Assembly (NCBI GenBank): GCA_963714085.1
Contig: OY970229.1
Span: forward strand, 1,216,001-1,280,000
DNA: 64,000 nt
Direction of reading: 5' to 3'
Source of the DNA: an uncultured Candidatus Micrarchaeota archaeon
GTDB taxonomy: Archaea > Micrarchaeota > Micrarchaeia > Anstonellales > Bilamarchaeaceae
Shown here: positions 50,302 to 59,349 of the stretch, one piece after another
Layout: every line of letters starts with the position of its first letter
How positions within the stretch are numbered: the stretch's first letter is position 1
Notes under the pieces: model-generated
Database searches by the model: none
What the model was told of the DNA's origin: nothing
What the model saw: only the letters and a program-made list of their open reading frames with translations
Program-made: the position numbers and the translations under genes

Positions 50302-50712
50302 TCATGCGCGCCCTTCGGATTTGATAGCCAAAGCAACTCTGCTGGCACATTTAGCCGGATTTTCCAGGATCTTATGCTCCCAGAACCGCATCAATCTCCA
50401 GCCCTCTTTCTTCAGCTTTGCATCCGTTTCCATGTCCCTTTCAATATTCCGCTTTAATTTCGGGATCCAGTAATCCCTATTGCTTTTCGGATACCCGCCG
50501 TGTTCAGGACAGTCGTGCCAGAAGCAGCCGTCTACAAAGACCGCAAGCCTCTTGGATGGGAAGGCGATGTCTATCTTTTCTTTGCCGTAATGAGTTCTAT
50601 AGCGTAAGCCGAGTTTCGAAAGTTCTCTTCTCAACGTGAGTTCTGGTGCAGTGTCGAAATGGCGGACCGCAGACATGATACTGGATCTTTTCTTTTTGCT
50701 CACTGTGTCCAT
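50302..50712 (-). CDS. vsr: Very short patch repair endonuclease Vsr
   Basis: MD.VS..KRS.IMS.V...DT.PE, FVDGCFWH, YW..K..RN.ERD, GW..MRFWE. Confidence 0.93.
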   Translation of the reverse strand: MDTVSKKKRSSIMSAVRHFDTAPELTLRRELSKLGLRYRTHYGKEKIDIAFPSKRLAVFVDGCFWHDCPEHGGYPKSNRDYWIPKLKRNIERDMETDAKLKKEGWRLMRFWEHKILENPAKCASRVALAIKSEGRA

Positions 50713-50815
50713 CCGAATACCTGTTGCTGCTTCGTTGCAAACAAGATTAAAAGTTTGTTCTCGGATAAGTAATGACCTTTGTGGTCTCGCAAAATATCGA
50801 AACGGGTGGTGCTCC

Positions 50816-51802
50816 ATGGTCGGGAAAATCGTTTACATCGAGAAAGACGCTAAAACCGAAGGTTCGAAATATCGGTACCTCTTGACACGTAAATGGTCGG
50901 AAACTCCCCGTTTGGCCGTTTTCATAATGCTCAATCCGAGCACCGCAGACGATAAAAAAGACGACCGGACTATTCAGAGGTGTACTAATTTCGCGGCGGA
51001 ACACGGTTGCGGTCGTATGGAAGTCGTGAACCTGTTCGCTTATCGTGCTACTCGACCGTTAGACCTGAAAAAGGCAGAAGCGGAAGGTTTCGACGTCGTC
51101 GGACCAGAAAACGACCGATACATCTTAGAGGCGGTCAAGAAAGCGGACGTGGTGATCGCTGCGTGGGGAACTGACGATTTGGCGCACGACCGAGGCGAAC
51201 GAGTGATATCCATACTTGCGAATGCTGACCTGCATCATAAATTGTTTTGCCTCGGCAAGACCGAAGAAGGGGCGCCGAAACATCCCCTCTACGTGAACAA
51301 GAGCAAACGCGTCGAGGAGTACGAGGTGCGTTGGATGCCACTATATTTCGCCTACGGAAGTAACATGTCGCTTGATCAAATGCGGAAGCGCGTCTCTCCC
51401 GCAATAGAACCGAAATTCGTTGCGTGGATGGATAACGCCGAACTCTGCTTCCCAAGAGACTCAGTCAACCAAAAAGGAGGGGTTGCGAGTTACCGGACTG
51501 AAAAAGGGGAACGGATGTACGGCGCTGTTTTCGATTTGTGCGAGAGGGGCGTCGGAGCTCTCGACGGCCACGAAGGTTTCGTACCTGAAGGGAAAGACAA
51601 CGCGTACGAACGTTTGTACGTCACGGTTTACGATTTGTCTGGGAATCCACATCTTGCATTGACCTACAAAGCGAACGAAAAAGGCGAATACTTGCCGAGC
51701 TCGTACTATATGCTAAAACTGATCACGGGTGCGGTGGAATGCGGTCTACCTAGCGAATACGTCGCGAAGTTAAAAGACGTGAAGACGAACGGCGTCGAAT
51801 AA
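50816..51802 (+). CDS. DUF1643 domain fused to a gamma-glutamylcyclotransferase (GGCT/AIG2-like) domain
   Basis: YRY.L.R.W, MLNPSTAD, NLFAYRAT.P, AAWG, PKHPLY, then YFAYGSNM, LDGHEG, Y.R, PS..Y in one frame. Confidence 0.8.
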   Translation: MVGKIVYIEKDAKTEGSKYRYLLTRKWSETPRLAVFIMLNPSTADDKKDDRTIQRCTNFAAEHGCGRMEVVNLFAYRATRPLDLKKAEAEGFDVVGPENDRYILEAVKKADVVIAAWGTDDLAHDRGERVISILANADLHHKLFCLGKTEEGAPKHPLYVNKSKRVEEYEVRWMPLYFAYGSNMSLDQMRKRVSPAIEPKFVAWMDNAELCFPRDSVNQKGGVASYRTEKGERMYGAVFDLCERGVGALDGHEGFVPEGKDNAYERLYVTVYDLSGNPHLALTYKANEKGEYLPSSYYMLKLITGAVECGLPSEYVAKLKDVKTNGVE

Positions 51803-51896
51803 GAGTGGAACGAGACTACACGTACGTGAAAATTCCTTCGACGCACCAGTTTTTTGGTTTGATGGACGAAGTGGAAGGTTAGCCTGCTCCAGAAAT

Positions 51897-53861
51897 TTAA
51901 GGTGGTGTAATTGGAAAATAAACGTTACGCATATGTGCGGGTTTGTTAAGAATGTCATTTATTTTACTTAAAAAGCGACCGTAAGTATCTGTTTGGAGAT
52001 CGAGAAATGAACGGCTACTTTTCCATTTATTTTGATCGGTGTCGTTTTTAACCATTTCTCGCATGAGTTCGGTAAGCGTAGCCGACCAAAGGGAAAATAA
52101 CTTGTATTTAGTCGATGGGGCGTTTTCATCAAGGATAATCGGTCTCGTCTTATCGGCATTAATCGTAAAACTTTCATATGCTTTCTTAGCCCACCATGCG
52201 TCTATGTCAGTACCGACCAATGCCTCTTTCAATTTGCTTTGGTCGGTATCTCCACGAGCGATGGTATGAACAATATGATAAATAGCTGCGACATGATAAT
52301 ACTGCCATTTTGTTAGGAAATCCATTTGATTTATCAAAATATTATAAGTGGAGTCACTTGGCCGTTCTCCTTCTTCATACAAATCAAGTTTCTTCTTATA
52401 CATATGTGAAAATGCAGAACTTAGCTTGAAAAGAGCGAAACCAAAAAGGGTATCGTCGATAAAATACCCCATTTTGCCGCTTTTCATAAAAATGTTTTGT
52501 GGGGTAATAGCAAGATCTGCATTATTGAATCTAGCATCCATCGGTAGCTGATAATTGAATATCGAATTATAATACGATGGACTTGAAAAGATTTTCCGTT
52601 TTTCGTTTCTGGAAAGGTTGGGTTTTCCCATTAGTGCAAGGTAGATCTGACCAGCATGAGTGTTCTCTATGGTGCGATAATTTTTGCCCCGAATTCTGTA
52701 ATTATGTAATTTATTCTCTCGGCCTACTTGGTCTAACTGACCCTCGCGGTAAAGATATAAAATTTTAGGATTGAAATCGTTAAACGCCGAATGTATGTCC
52801 TTTTGAATTTGATCCTTAGAATGCAAATCACGCTCTCCGATTGGATTCTGGTTATTCGTTGCCAAAGTGATATCCTTAACTAAATCCGGATCCATCGACT
52901 TTATGACGCGGACAGGAACAACTGCGGGGTATTCCTCCATAAGCTTATCGCGTTCTAAATCTTTTCCTACGTCATAAATTGCCCAGGAAGTTTGGCAACC
53001 ATTCACTATCTGAGGGTTTACCGGCGTGAAAATCCCATCTTTTAAATCATCCATGCGTACGCATGTGATGGTGATCCCATTATTCATCACAGCCAGTTTT
53101 TCCGGATTAACCAGAATTGTTTTTTTGATTTCTTGGCCGATCTTACTTTTAGTCTTTTCAACTAAACGGTATCTGAGATTTTCCTCAAAAATTCCGTCTT
53201 TATACTCTTTTACGGCATAGTATACGTATTTGATAGGGCAAAGAAAAGAATAAAGCTCATAGGTTGGTGTTTGCATTTTGATAAATTTTCCTGAGGGAAC
53301 CCCTAGGGACATGGTCTCCGGTCGTTTGGACGGAGCAGCGCCCCTAAGATACGTGCACATGTCTTTAATTCGATTAAAGTCATAAATTTCAACACCCGTA
53401 TTGTTGGCATATGCCTGCACGCCACTTGAGTCAGACAAATCCCCAAAAATAGCTGCTATTTTTAGTACTGGTTTCTCTTTATTTTTAACCATCGGATTAA
53501 AAATTTGCGCAAATGCTTTGCGCTTATCATTTCCAGTGCTAGGCGAGTCAATCAATCTTCGTTCTGCAGCGATGATCTCGTCTACAATATCTTTATTGTA
53601 GTGTTGTTTTTCACCGTCTTCTGAATATTTACATTGAACTAAAAAAATAAGATCGTGATCCTCATCGCATATCCCTAAATCTAATTTTTCATCCCTACTA
53701 CAGCCTATAAAATATTCTTCAGCGCTTTTATCTTCATCCTCACCAAGAACATTGATAGCAAACCATAATGAAAATGCATTGCCGAGGTTATTCAAACCAT
53801 ACGCATCCTTGATTTCAGTTACTTCGCCAAGAACCGTTCTTACGAATTCAGAATCTTCCAT
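51897..53861 (-). CDS. AIPR family protein
   Basis: ENLRY.L, NNGITI, PQIVNGCQTS, ATNNQNPI..RDL; low GC. Confidence 0.88.
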   Translation of the reverse strand: MEDSEFVRTVLGEVTEIKDAYGLNNLGNAFSLWFAINVLGEDEDKSAEEYFIGCSRDEKLDLGICDEDHDLIFLVQCKYSEDGEKQHYNKDIVDEIIAAERRLIDSPSTGNDKRKAFAQIFNPMVKNKEKPVLKIAAIFGDLSDSSGVQAYANNTGVEIYDFNRIKDMCTYLRGAAPSKRPETMSLGVPSGKFIKMQTPTYELYSFLCPIKYVYYAVKEYKDGIFEENLRYRLVEKTKSKIGQEIKKTILVNPEKLAVMNNGITITCVRMDDLKDGIFTPVNPQIVNGCQTSWAIYDVGKDLERDKLMEEYPAVVPVRVIKSMDPDLVKDITLATNNQNPIGERDLHSKDQIQKDIHSAFNDFNPKILYLYREGQLDQVGRENKLHNYRIRGKNYRTIENTHAGQIYLALMGKPNLSRNEKRKIFSSPSYYNSIFNYQLPMDARFNNADLAITPQNIFMKSGKMGYFIDDTLFGFALFKLSSAFSHMYKKKLDLYEEGERPSDSTYNILINQMDFLTKWQYYHVAAIYHIVHTIARGDTDQSKLKEALVGTDIDAWWAKKAYESFTINADKTRPIILDENAPSTKYKLFSLWSATLTELMREMVKNDTDQNKWKSSRSFLDLQTDTYGRFLSKINDILNKPAHMRNVYFPITPP

Positions 53862-54021
53862 GCGACCGCCAGAAATATGATAAGTAATTGGATTTAAATT
53901 ATATCCCATCGTTATACGCAACGCCTCCCCACATTCTTAATTCTATAATTTCTAGCCGAAATTTTCTGCATTACCTAATTTGAACGAGTAAATCCCTCCC
54001 CCATCACGATTTCAACATCTA

Positions 54022-54200
54022 AAAGTCGCTCCGTCCTCTCGCTTCCAGGGGGTTTCCGCCCCATGTCCCTTCAACTGCTTCGCAGTTCAAGGCCGCTCGT
54101 GCTCATTTTATTCCTTTCCCCAGCCTCCGATCTGAAAAGTGCTTAACGCTCAAGATGCCTGCGGTTTCGTGAAACTTTTTGGGGTTGGAAAAAGAACGGG
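54022..54200. repeat. Intergenic repeated element B with a GC-TTC-GC hairpin
   Basis: Homologous to element A; inserted hairpin ccttcaactgc-ttc-gcagttcaagg at 54068-54092. Confidence 0.6.
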
Positions 54201-54369
54201 CAACCCGCCCCGCGATGGACCAGGAGAAAATCCTGTCTGCCATTGGAGCAACCTGTTGCCTACCTGCTATCCAAGTTTAAAGAAAGACGGGTCTAATCGT
54301 ACGGTAGACATGCGCCAGTAAATACAGGAAACCTATGCTCTTTTATATCCAGAAACATTAGTTGGTAAC

Positions 54370-57189
54370 ATGAAGAATGTTCCTGCTCTCGTTTTGGAAT
54401 TGGTCGACCGATTCCGCAGTAACAAGGATACGTACCTTTCTGACTACAACGAGACTAGACTTAGACGCGAATTCATCGACACTTTATTTGAAACCGTCTT
54501 TGGATGGGATATACAGAACAAGTCTAATACTTCTCCTGAATACCAAGATGTTATCCATGAGGATTCAATCAAGGTTGCCGGCTCTACCAAAGCACCTGAT
54601 TATTGTTTTCGCGTCGGAAAAGAAAGAAAATTCTTTTTAGAAACGAAGAAGCCGTCCGTCAACATCAAGGAGGACGTTGGCCCTGCATATCAACTCCGCC
54701 GCTATGGGTGGAGTGCACACCTCCCACTCTCTCTCCTCACGAACTTTAAGGAATTTGCTATTTACGACTGTCGTATAAAGCCGAAGCAAAATGACAAAGC
54801 GGACGTCGCACGCATAGCATACTTCACCTACGAAGAATTGCCACAGAAATGGGCGGAGTTTGCCGCAGTATTCTCTCGGGAGGCAGTATGGAAAGGCGAT
54901 TTTGACCGATATGCCGAGACAACGAAGAAGAAGCATGGAACATCTGAAGTTGACGACGAATTCCTTGAGGAAATTGAACATTGGAGGAATATACTTGCCC
55001 GAAACATCGCCCTACGGAATCCGTCCTTATCGGTTGAGGAATTGAATTATGCAGTCCAAAAGTTAATCGACCGCATCCTCTTCCTTAGGATGTGCGAGGA
55101 TCGGGGAAGCGAAGAATATGGACAACTGAACAATGTCATCGCAAAAGAAGGCACCTATGCACACTTGTTCGCGCTCTTTGAGCTTGCGGATGACAGATAT
55201 AACAGCGGTCTTTTTCACTTCAATGCCGAACGCGGGCGCAAGTCGCCACCGGACATGCTGACACCGAAACTAATAATCGACGACAAGACGCTAAAGGACA
55301 TCATCAAAGACATGTATTACCCAGACAGCCCGTACCAGTTCTCGGTTCTGCCTGCTTACATCCTCGGCAACGTCTACGAGCAGTTTCTGGGCAAAGTTAT
55401 AAGACTTACTAAAGAACATCACGCCATTGTTGAAGATAAGCCAGAAGTAAAAAAGGCCGGGGGCGTCTTCTATACACCAAAGTACGTGGTCGATTATATC
55501 GTGGAGCAGACCATCGGTCAGCTCATCGAAGACAAGACACCGAAGGAAATCTCGGAGCTCAGAATTCTTGACCCAGCATGCGGGAGCGGAAGCTTTCTCA
55601 TTGGAGCCTACGAGAAACTCCTTGATTTCCATCTAAATTGGTATCGTACTCACCACCCAGAAAAACATAAAGACGCAGTATTCCAAGGTGTAGGCGGTTT
55701 ATGGTATCTTACAGTCGATGAGAAAAAGCGCATCCTTCTCAACAATCTCTACGGCGTCGACATCGACGCCTCGGCTGTCGAAGTAACAAAACTCAATCTT
55801 CTATTGAAGGTATTAGAAGGCGAGCATCTCGACCCGCAAAAGAAACTTCGCGCCCGCGTGCTACCCGACCTCGACCAGAATATCAAATGTGGAAATAGTT
55901 TGATAAGCCCCGACATATACGACAAGCAGACGATTACTGATGCTGTAGAACAAAAAAGAATTAATCCATTCAACTGGGAAAGTGAATTCCCTCAAGTAAA
56001 GAGAGCGGGAGGGTTCGATTGCGTGATTGGAAACCCACCATATGGTGCATCCTTCAGTGAATTAGAAGCCAGTTATTTCCACGACAAATACCCTGTCTTT
56101 CATGGAGTGAAAGATGTATATACTTGTTTTATAGCAGCTAGTTTGACTCGCCTGAAGGATCACGGACTATTCTCATTTATTGTTCCTTCTGCTTGGTTGG
56201 GCGGTCCTGACTACGAGAGTCTTCGAAAATTATTCTTATCTAATAAAATCGTAACCATAGTCTTACTACCATATGATGTCTTCAAAGCATATATTGATAC
56301 AGCAATCTTTGTTGTTTCAAAAGATACCATCCCTACAACACACCAAGTGCAAACTTATGTTTACGATAAACGTGAAAAACTCACAAATATCGCCCTGTCG
56401 CCCAAGGATTATCAGGTAGTCAAGCAAGAAGAATGGAAAACGACAGAAGGGGCCAAATTTGTGTTGGACTCTTCGACTATTCAGCTTCTTGAACGGATTC
56501 GAACAAGATGTTCTTCCAAGTTTGGCGATGTGATCGACATTAAACGTGGGGTTCTCTTCGATAAAGGTTTACTTTCTAGTAACAGAACTTCACCTATCAG
56601 TCACCAATATTTCGAAGGTGACGTCTACAGATATAAAATTAATGTGATTGCCAATCAATGGATTGAATTTGATGACCAGATGAAAGAACGCCCTAAAGAA
56701 TTTATCTGGTTTGAAGGTCCCCGACTCTTGTTACGCCGTTTGGTTAACCGCCGGCAACAGCTCATGGCGACATTTACTTCAGATACATTTATTACTAATA
56801 AAAATCTCTATAGCGTCCTGCTCAAAGACAAAACTAAAGACCTCTTAACGGTACTTGGTATACTTAATAGTAAATTGATATCCTATCTTTATCTCAAACA
56901 AGTAACACAAGCGACGAAAGACGACTTCCCTCAGGTAACAATCAAAGATATACTCACATTGCCATTTCCTGCGAAGATAGATAAGACTCAACAAGACAGT
57001 ATGGTTGCGTATGTTGAAGAAATGCTCGTCCTCCAAAAACAGCATGCGGCTGCTCGAATGCCTGAAGAACAAAATCGCATCCAGAGACAAATTGATGCTA
57101 TCGATGAGCAGATAAACAACTTAGTCTACTTGGTCTACGGTTTGTCAGTAAAGGAGACCGAGGAAATCGAGGGTAAAGGCAACTGCTAA
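54370..57189 (+). CDS. Type IIG (Eco57I-like) fused restriction-modification enzyme, m6A MTase with TaqI-C-like target recognition domain
   Basis: N-terminal APDY...FFLETK nuclease, GVFYTP, DPACGSGSFL, VIGNPPY, C-terminal LGILNS.L. Confidence 0.92.
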   Translation: MKNVPALVLELVDRFRSNKDTYLSDYNETRLRREFIDTLFETVFGWDIQNKSNTSPEYQDVIHEDSIKVAGSTKAPDYCFRVGKERKFFLETKKPSVNIKEDVGPAYQLRRYGWSAHLPLSLLTNFKEFAIYDCRIKPKQNDKADVARIAYFTYEELPQKWAEFAAVFSREAVWKGDFDRYAETTKKKHGTSEVDDEFLEEIEHWRNILARNIALRNPSLSVEELNYAVQKLIDRILFLRMCEDRGSEEYGQLNNVIAKEGTYAHLFALFELADDRYNSGLFHFNAERGRKSPPDMLTPKLIIDDKTLKDIIKDMYYPDSPYQFSVLPAYILGNVYEQFLGKVIRLTKEHHAIVEDKPEVKKAGGVFYTPKYVVDYIVEQTIGQLIEDKTPKEISELRILDPACGSGSFLIGAYEKLLDFHLNWYRTHHPEKHKDAVFQGVGGLWYLTVDEKKRILLNNLYGVDIDASAVEVTKLNLLLKVLEGEHLDPQKKLRARVLPDLDQNIKCGNSLISPDIYDKQTITDAVEQKRINPFNWESEFPQVKRAGGFDCVIGNPPYGASFSELEASYFHDKYPVFHGVKDVYTCFIAASLTRLKDHGLFSFIVPSAWLGGPDYESLRKLFLSNKIVTIVLLPYDVFKAYIDTAIFVVSKDTIPTTHQVQTYVYDKREKLTNIALSPKDYQVVKQEEWKTTEGAKFVLDSSTIQLLERIRTRCSSKFGDVIDIKRGVLFDKGLLSSNRTSPISHQYFEGDVYRYKINVIANQWIEFDDQMKERPKEFIWFEGPRLLLRRLVNRRQQLMATFTSDTFITNKNLYSVLLKDKTKDLLTVLGILNSKLISYLYLKQVTQATKDDFPQVTIKDILTLPFPAKIDKTQQDSMVAYVEEMLVLQKQHAAARMPEEQNRIQRQIDAIDEQINNLVYLVYGLSVKETEEIEGKGNC

Positions 57190-57331
57190 GGATGGGTTTT
57201 GTCTACTCAAAAAATCTCATAAATAAGCACTCTTAAGTCCGTCCTAAATTCTGTTGAAAATCCAGTTTCTTAGTCCGTTTGTCCATCTTCGCAAATGAGA
57301 TTTGATCATTAATTTTCTGCCTTCCCCGCTC

Positions 57332-57590
57332 GACCAGAAAAAGACTTACTGGTCAGGCCGCTTCGCGGTTCGGGCTACGCCCGAAACCAATAATGTCTTT
57401 TTCGGCCTCGCTTTCTGTTATTCTTCTGCTTAGGTCATCTGAACCTCCGACTTTTCCACTGCTCCTCCCTATAGCCTCGTCTCCAGCTCCTCTCCTGCTC
57501 GGTCGGATGCCTGTTTTTGCTCGCTCCAAAAACGCAGCCCTTACACCCAAGTTTGCGGGCTTCGTTTTGGAGCTCGACGAAAAAACCGGC
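57332..57590. other. Hairpin-rich intergenic element C
   Basis: Y-shaped fold at 57337-57403 (stem with ccgc-ttc-gcgg and ttcgggc-tac-gcccgaa arms) and a long hairpin pairing 57523-57540 with 57557-57573. Confidence 0.6.
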
Positions 57591-57617
57591 TAGAGAAGCC
57601 GGGGAAAGGTGTTAAGT

Positions 57618-58151
57618 ATGACGAATGAAAAGACGGAAAATGGCGTGATGGAGGCCTTCTCCTTCAGGAAGGGTGTGGTGAAGATAAGCGGCCGCTGGGT
57701 CCGCTTCGGTCCGGCGCTTGAAGGGGCCATAAAGGGGCTCTCCGTGGGCGACCGGGTAAGCTACACGGTTGAGGATGGCTTCCTCAAGAACATCCAGAAG
57801 GAGCAAAAGGAGCAGCCCCAGGCTGTTTCCCCAAGGCCGGCAGCGTCAGCGGCCCCGGCCAAGGCCCAAGCACCAGCTCCGGCCCCGGCAGAGGGAAAAC
57901 ATCAGAGTTCCCCCTTCGAGGACCGGAACCAGAGCATAGAGCGCCAGGTCGCGCTCAAGGCCGCGGTCGAGCTCGCGGGCCTCTACGGCTACAAGAGCAC
58001 GAAGGAGTGCCTGGACGTGGCGGCCAGCTTCGCGGCCTGGATTAGGTCCGCAAGCCCCGGGGACGTGGAGCTCCCCCCGAACGGCCATATGGCGGCGAAT
58101 GCGGCGGGAAAGGCGGCGGGCACTCCGCCTTCCTCTTACCTGCGCTCCTGA
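57618..58151 (+). CDS. Hypothetical protein: beta-rich (OB-like) N-domain, Pro/Ala linker, helical C-domain
   Basis: aggtg RBS; LSVGDRVSYTVE; PAASAAPAKAQAPAPAP; SIERQVALKAAVEL...F..W. Confidence 0.7.
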   Translation: MTNEKTENGVMEAFSFRKGVVKISGRWVRFGPALEGAIKGLSVGDRVSYTVEDGFLKNIQKEQKEQPQAVSPRPAASAAPAKAQAPAPAPAEGKHQSSPFEDRNQSIERQVALKAAVELAGLYGYKSTKECLDVAASFAAWIRSASPGDVELPPNGHMAANAAGKAAGTPPSSYLRS

Positions 58152-58161
58152 GGTGGCTGCC

Positions 58162-58269
58162 ATGTGCAAAACATGCCGAAAAAAGAGCGTCGAGGAGGAG
58201 CAGCTCCGCGGCGCCAAGGAGCTGGCAATCGAGATGGCCGAGACGGAGGGAGACTATGACGCAGAATGA
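58162..58269 (+). CDS. 35-aa CxxC microprotein
   Basis: Manual translation MCKTCRKKSVEEEQLRGAKELAIEMAETEGDYDAE; gaggtgg RBS; bridges the two neighbouring genes. Confidence 0.5.
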   Translation: MCKTCRKKSVEEEQLRGAKELAIEMAETEGDYDAE

Positions 58270-58642
58270 CGCACCCGCGAACGGCTTCGAGGGTTTCGAG
58301 GTCATCGACACCTACACGCTCAAGGACGCGCTCAAGGACGGAACCTTCATCGACCTTTCCCAGATAAAGGGGATCCCCATCTACGCTCCGGTGTGCCGGG
58401 CCATCCGGTACGCCACGAGCTCGCTCCTTTCCAAAGGATACACCGAACGGGACGGTTTCAATCTCCCGAACCTGGCCGATCTTCTGGTCCAAGTGTCCAA
58501 AGGCATCCGCAAGGGCCTTATGAATGGCGAGGACCGGCTTTTCGAGTGCCGGGTTGAGTTCCCGGATGGGCATCGGGAGAAGGTGTGGGCGGTCGCAAAC
58601 GAGGAGGGGAGCCTGACGATTATGATGCCGGAGGACTACTAA
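58256..58642 (+). CDS. Mobile-element-type protein (DUF6573-like)
   Basis: VIDTYT..DA..DG..ID and C-terminal LTIMMPEDY resemble the plasmid/ICE-associated family ending in TI.LP.EY. Confidence 0.55.
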   Translation: MTQNDAPANGFEGFEVIDTYTLKDALKDGTFIDLSQIKGIPIYAPVCRAIRYATSSLLSKGYTERDGFNLPNLADLLVQVSKGIRKGLMNGEDRLFECRVEFPDGHREKVWAVANEEGSLTIMMPEDY

Positions 58643-58705
58643 AAGCAGCTGTGGCGGGCAGGGTAGCAACATCCATCCCGCAAGGAGTGGATGACCTGCC
58701 ACGGC

Positions 58706-59290
58706 TCAATTCTTTTCACTACGAGCTGTTTCATTGTAGAAATAGCGCAATATCACGTTGTTTTTGCCAGAATATTTTTCGACGTAGCGCTTGATTTCCC
58801 CACTTTCCTCAACTGGAATGTCAATCTGGACCAGGATGCCATACTTGATTGGTGTGCGGTCATCTTTATTTTTAAGTTTGGCATAATCGTCCCTGAAGCT
58901 ACCGAAGGTCGCCCCGTGTATTTTGCCATTATTAATATACCTTATTCTAAACTTGAATTCTATTGCGCAAAGCAGATTGACACTGTCCGTTTTATCGTCC
59001 AGAATAGCTAAATCATACTGCCTATCCAGAATATTCCTGTTATCATACTGTAAAGTTATGAGTTGCGGATCGAAATTTGCCACCAGGCGCGTTTCTTTTT
59101 TCCCTTTGGTTCGACGAAGCATTTTTTTCCTTGATAAGATCCGATAAAGAATCAGCCAACTGACACAACGGACGTCATCCTCGAAGAAAAAGTCGTGAGG
59201 GTGTCTTTTTACTCGTGTTTCCAGTTTTTTGCAGAATTCTTCCATTACTCCCTTAATTTTTGGAATCTCCGCATTTCGGTGAGCAGACAT
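58706..59290 (-). CDS. Putative PD-(D/E)xK nuclease
   Basis: E.D, QYDLAIL...CAIEFK, DY.KL; low GC. Confidence 0.55.
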   Translation of the reverse strand: MSAHRNAEIPKIKGVMEEFCKKLETRVKRHPHDFFFEDDVRCVSWLILYRILSRKKMLRRTKGKKETRLVANFDPQLITLQYDNRNILDRQYDLAILDDKTDSVNLLCAIEFKFRIRYINNGKIHGATFGSFRDDYAKLKNKDDRTPIKYGILVQIDIPVEESGEIKRYVEKYSGKNNVILRYFYNETARSEKN

Positions 59291-59349
59291 ACTGTAAAAG
59301 TCGGCTTACAATCTTATAAATACCTCATAGACTAGCCCCTCATGCAGCT

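Noticed and set aside
46993..57590. Integron attC array or CRISPR array interpretation of the intergenic hairpins
   Set aside because: No RYYYAAC/GTTRRRY boxes, no regular repeat-spacer period, and no integrase or cas genes in the window.
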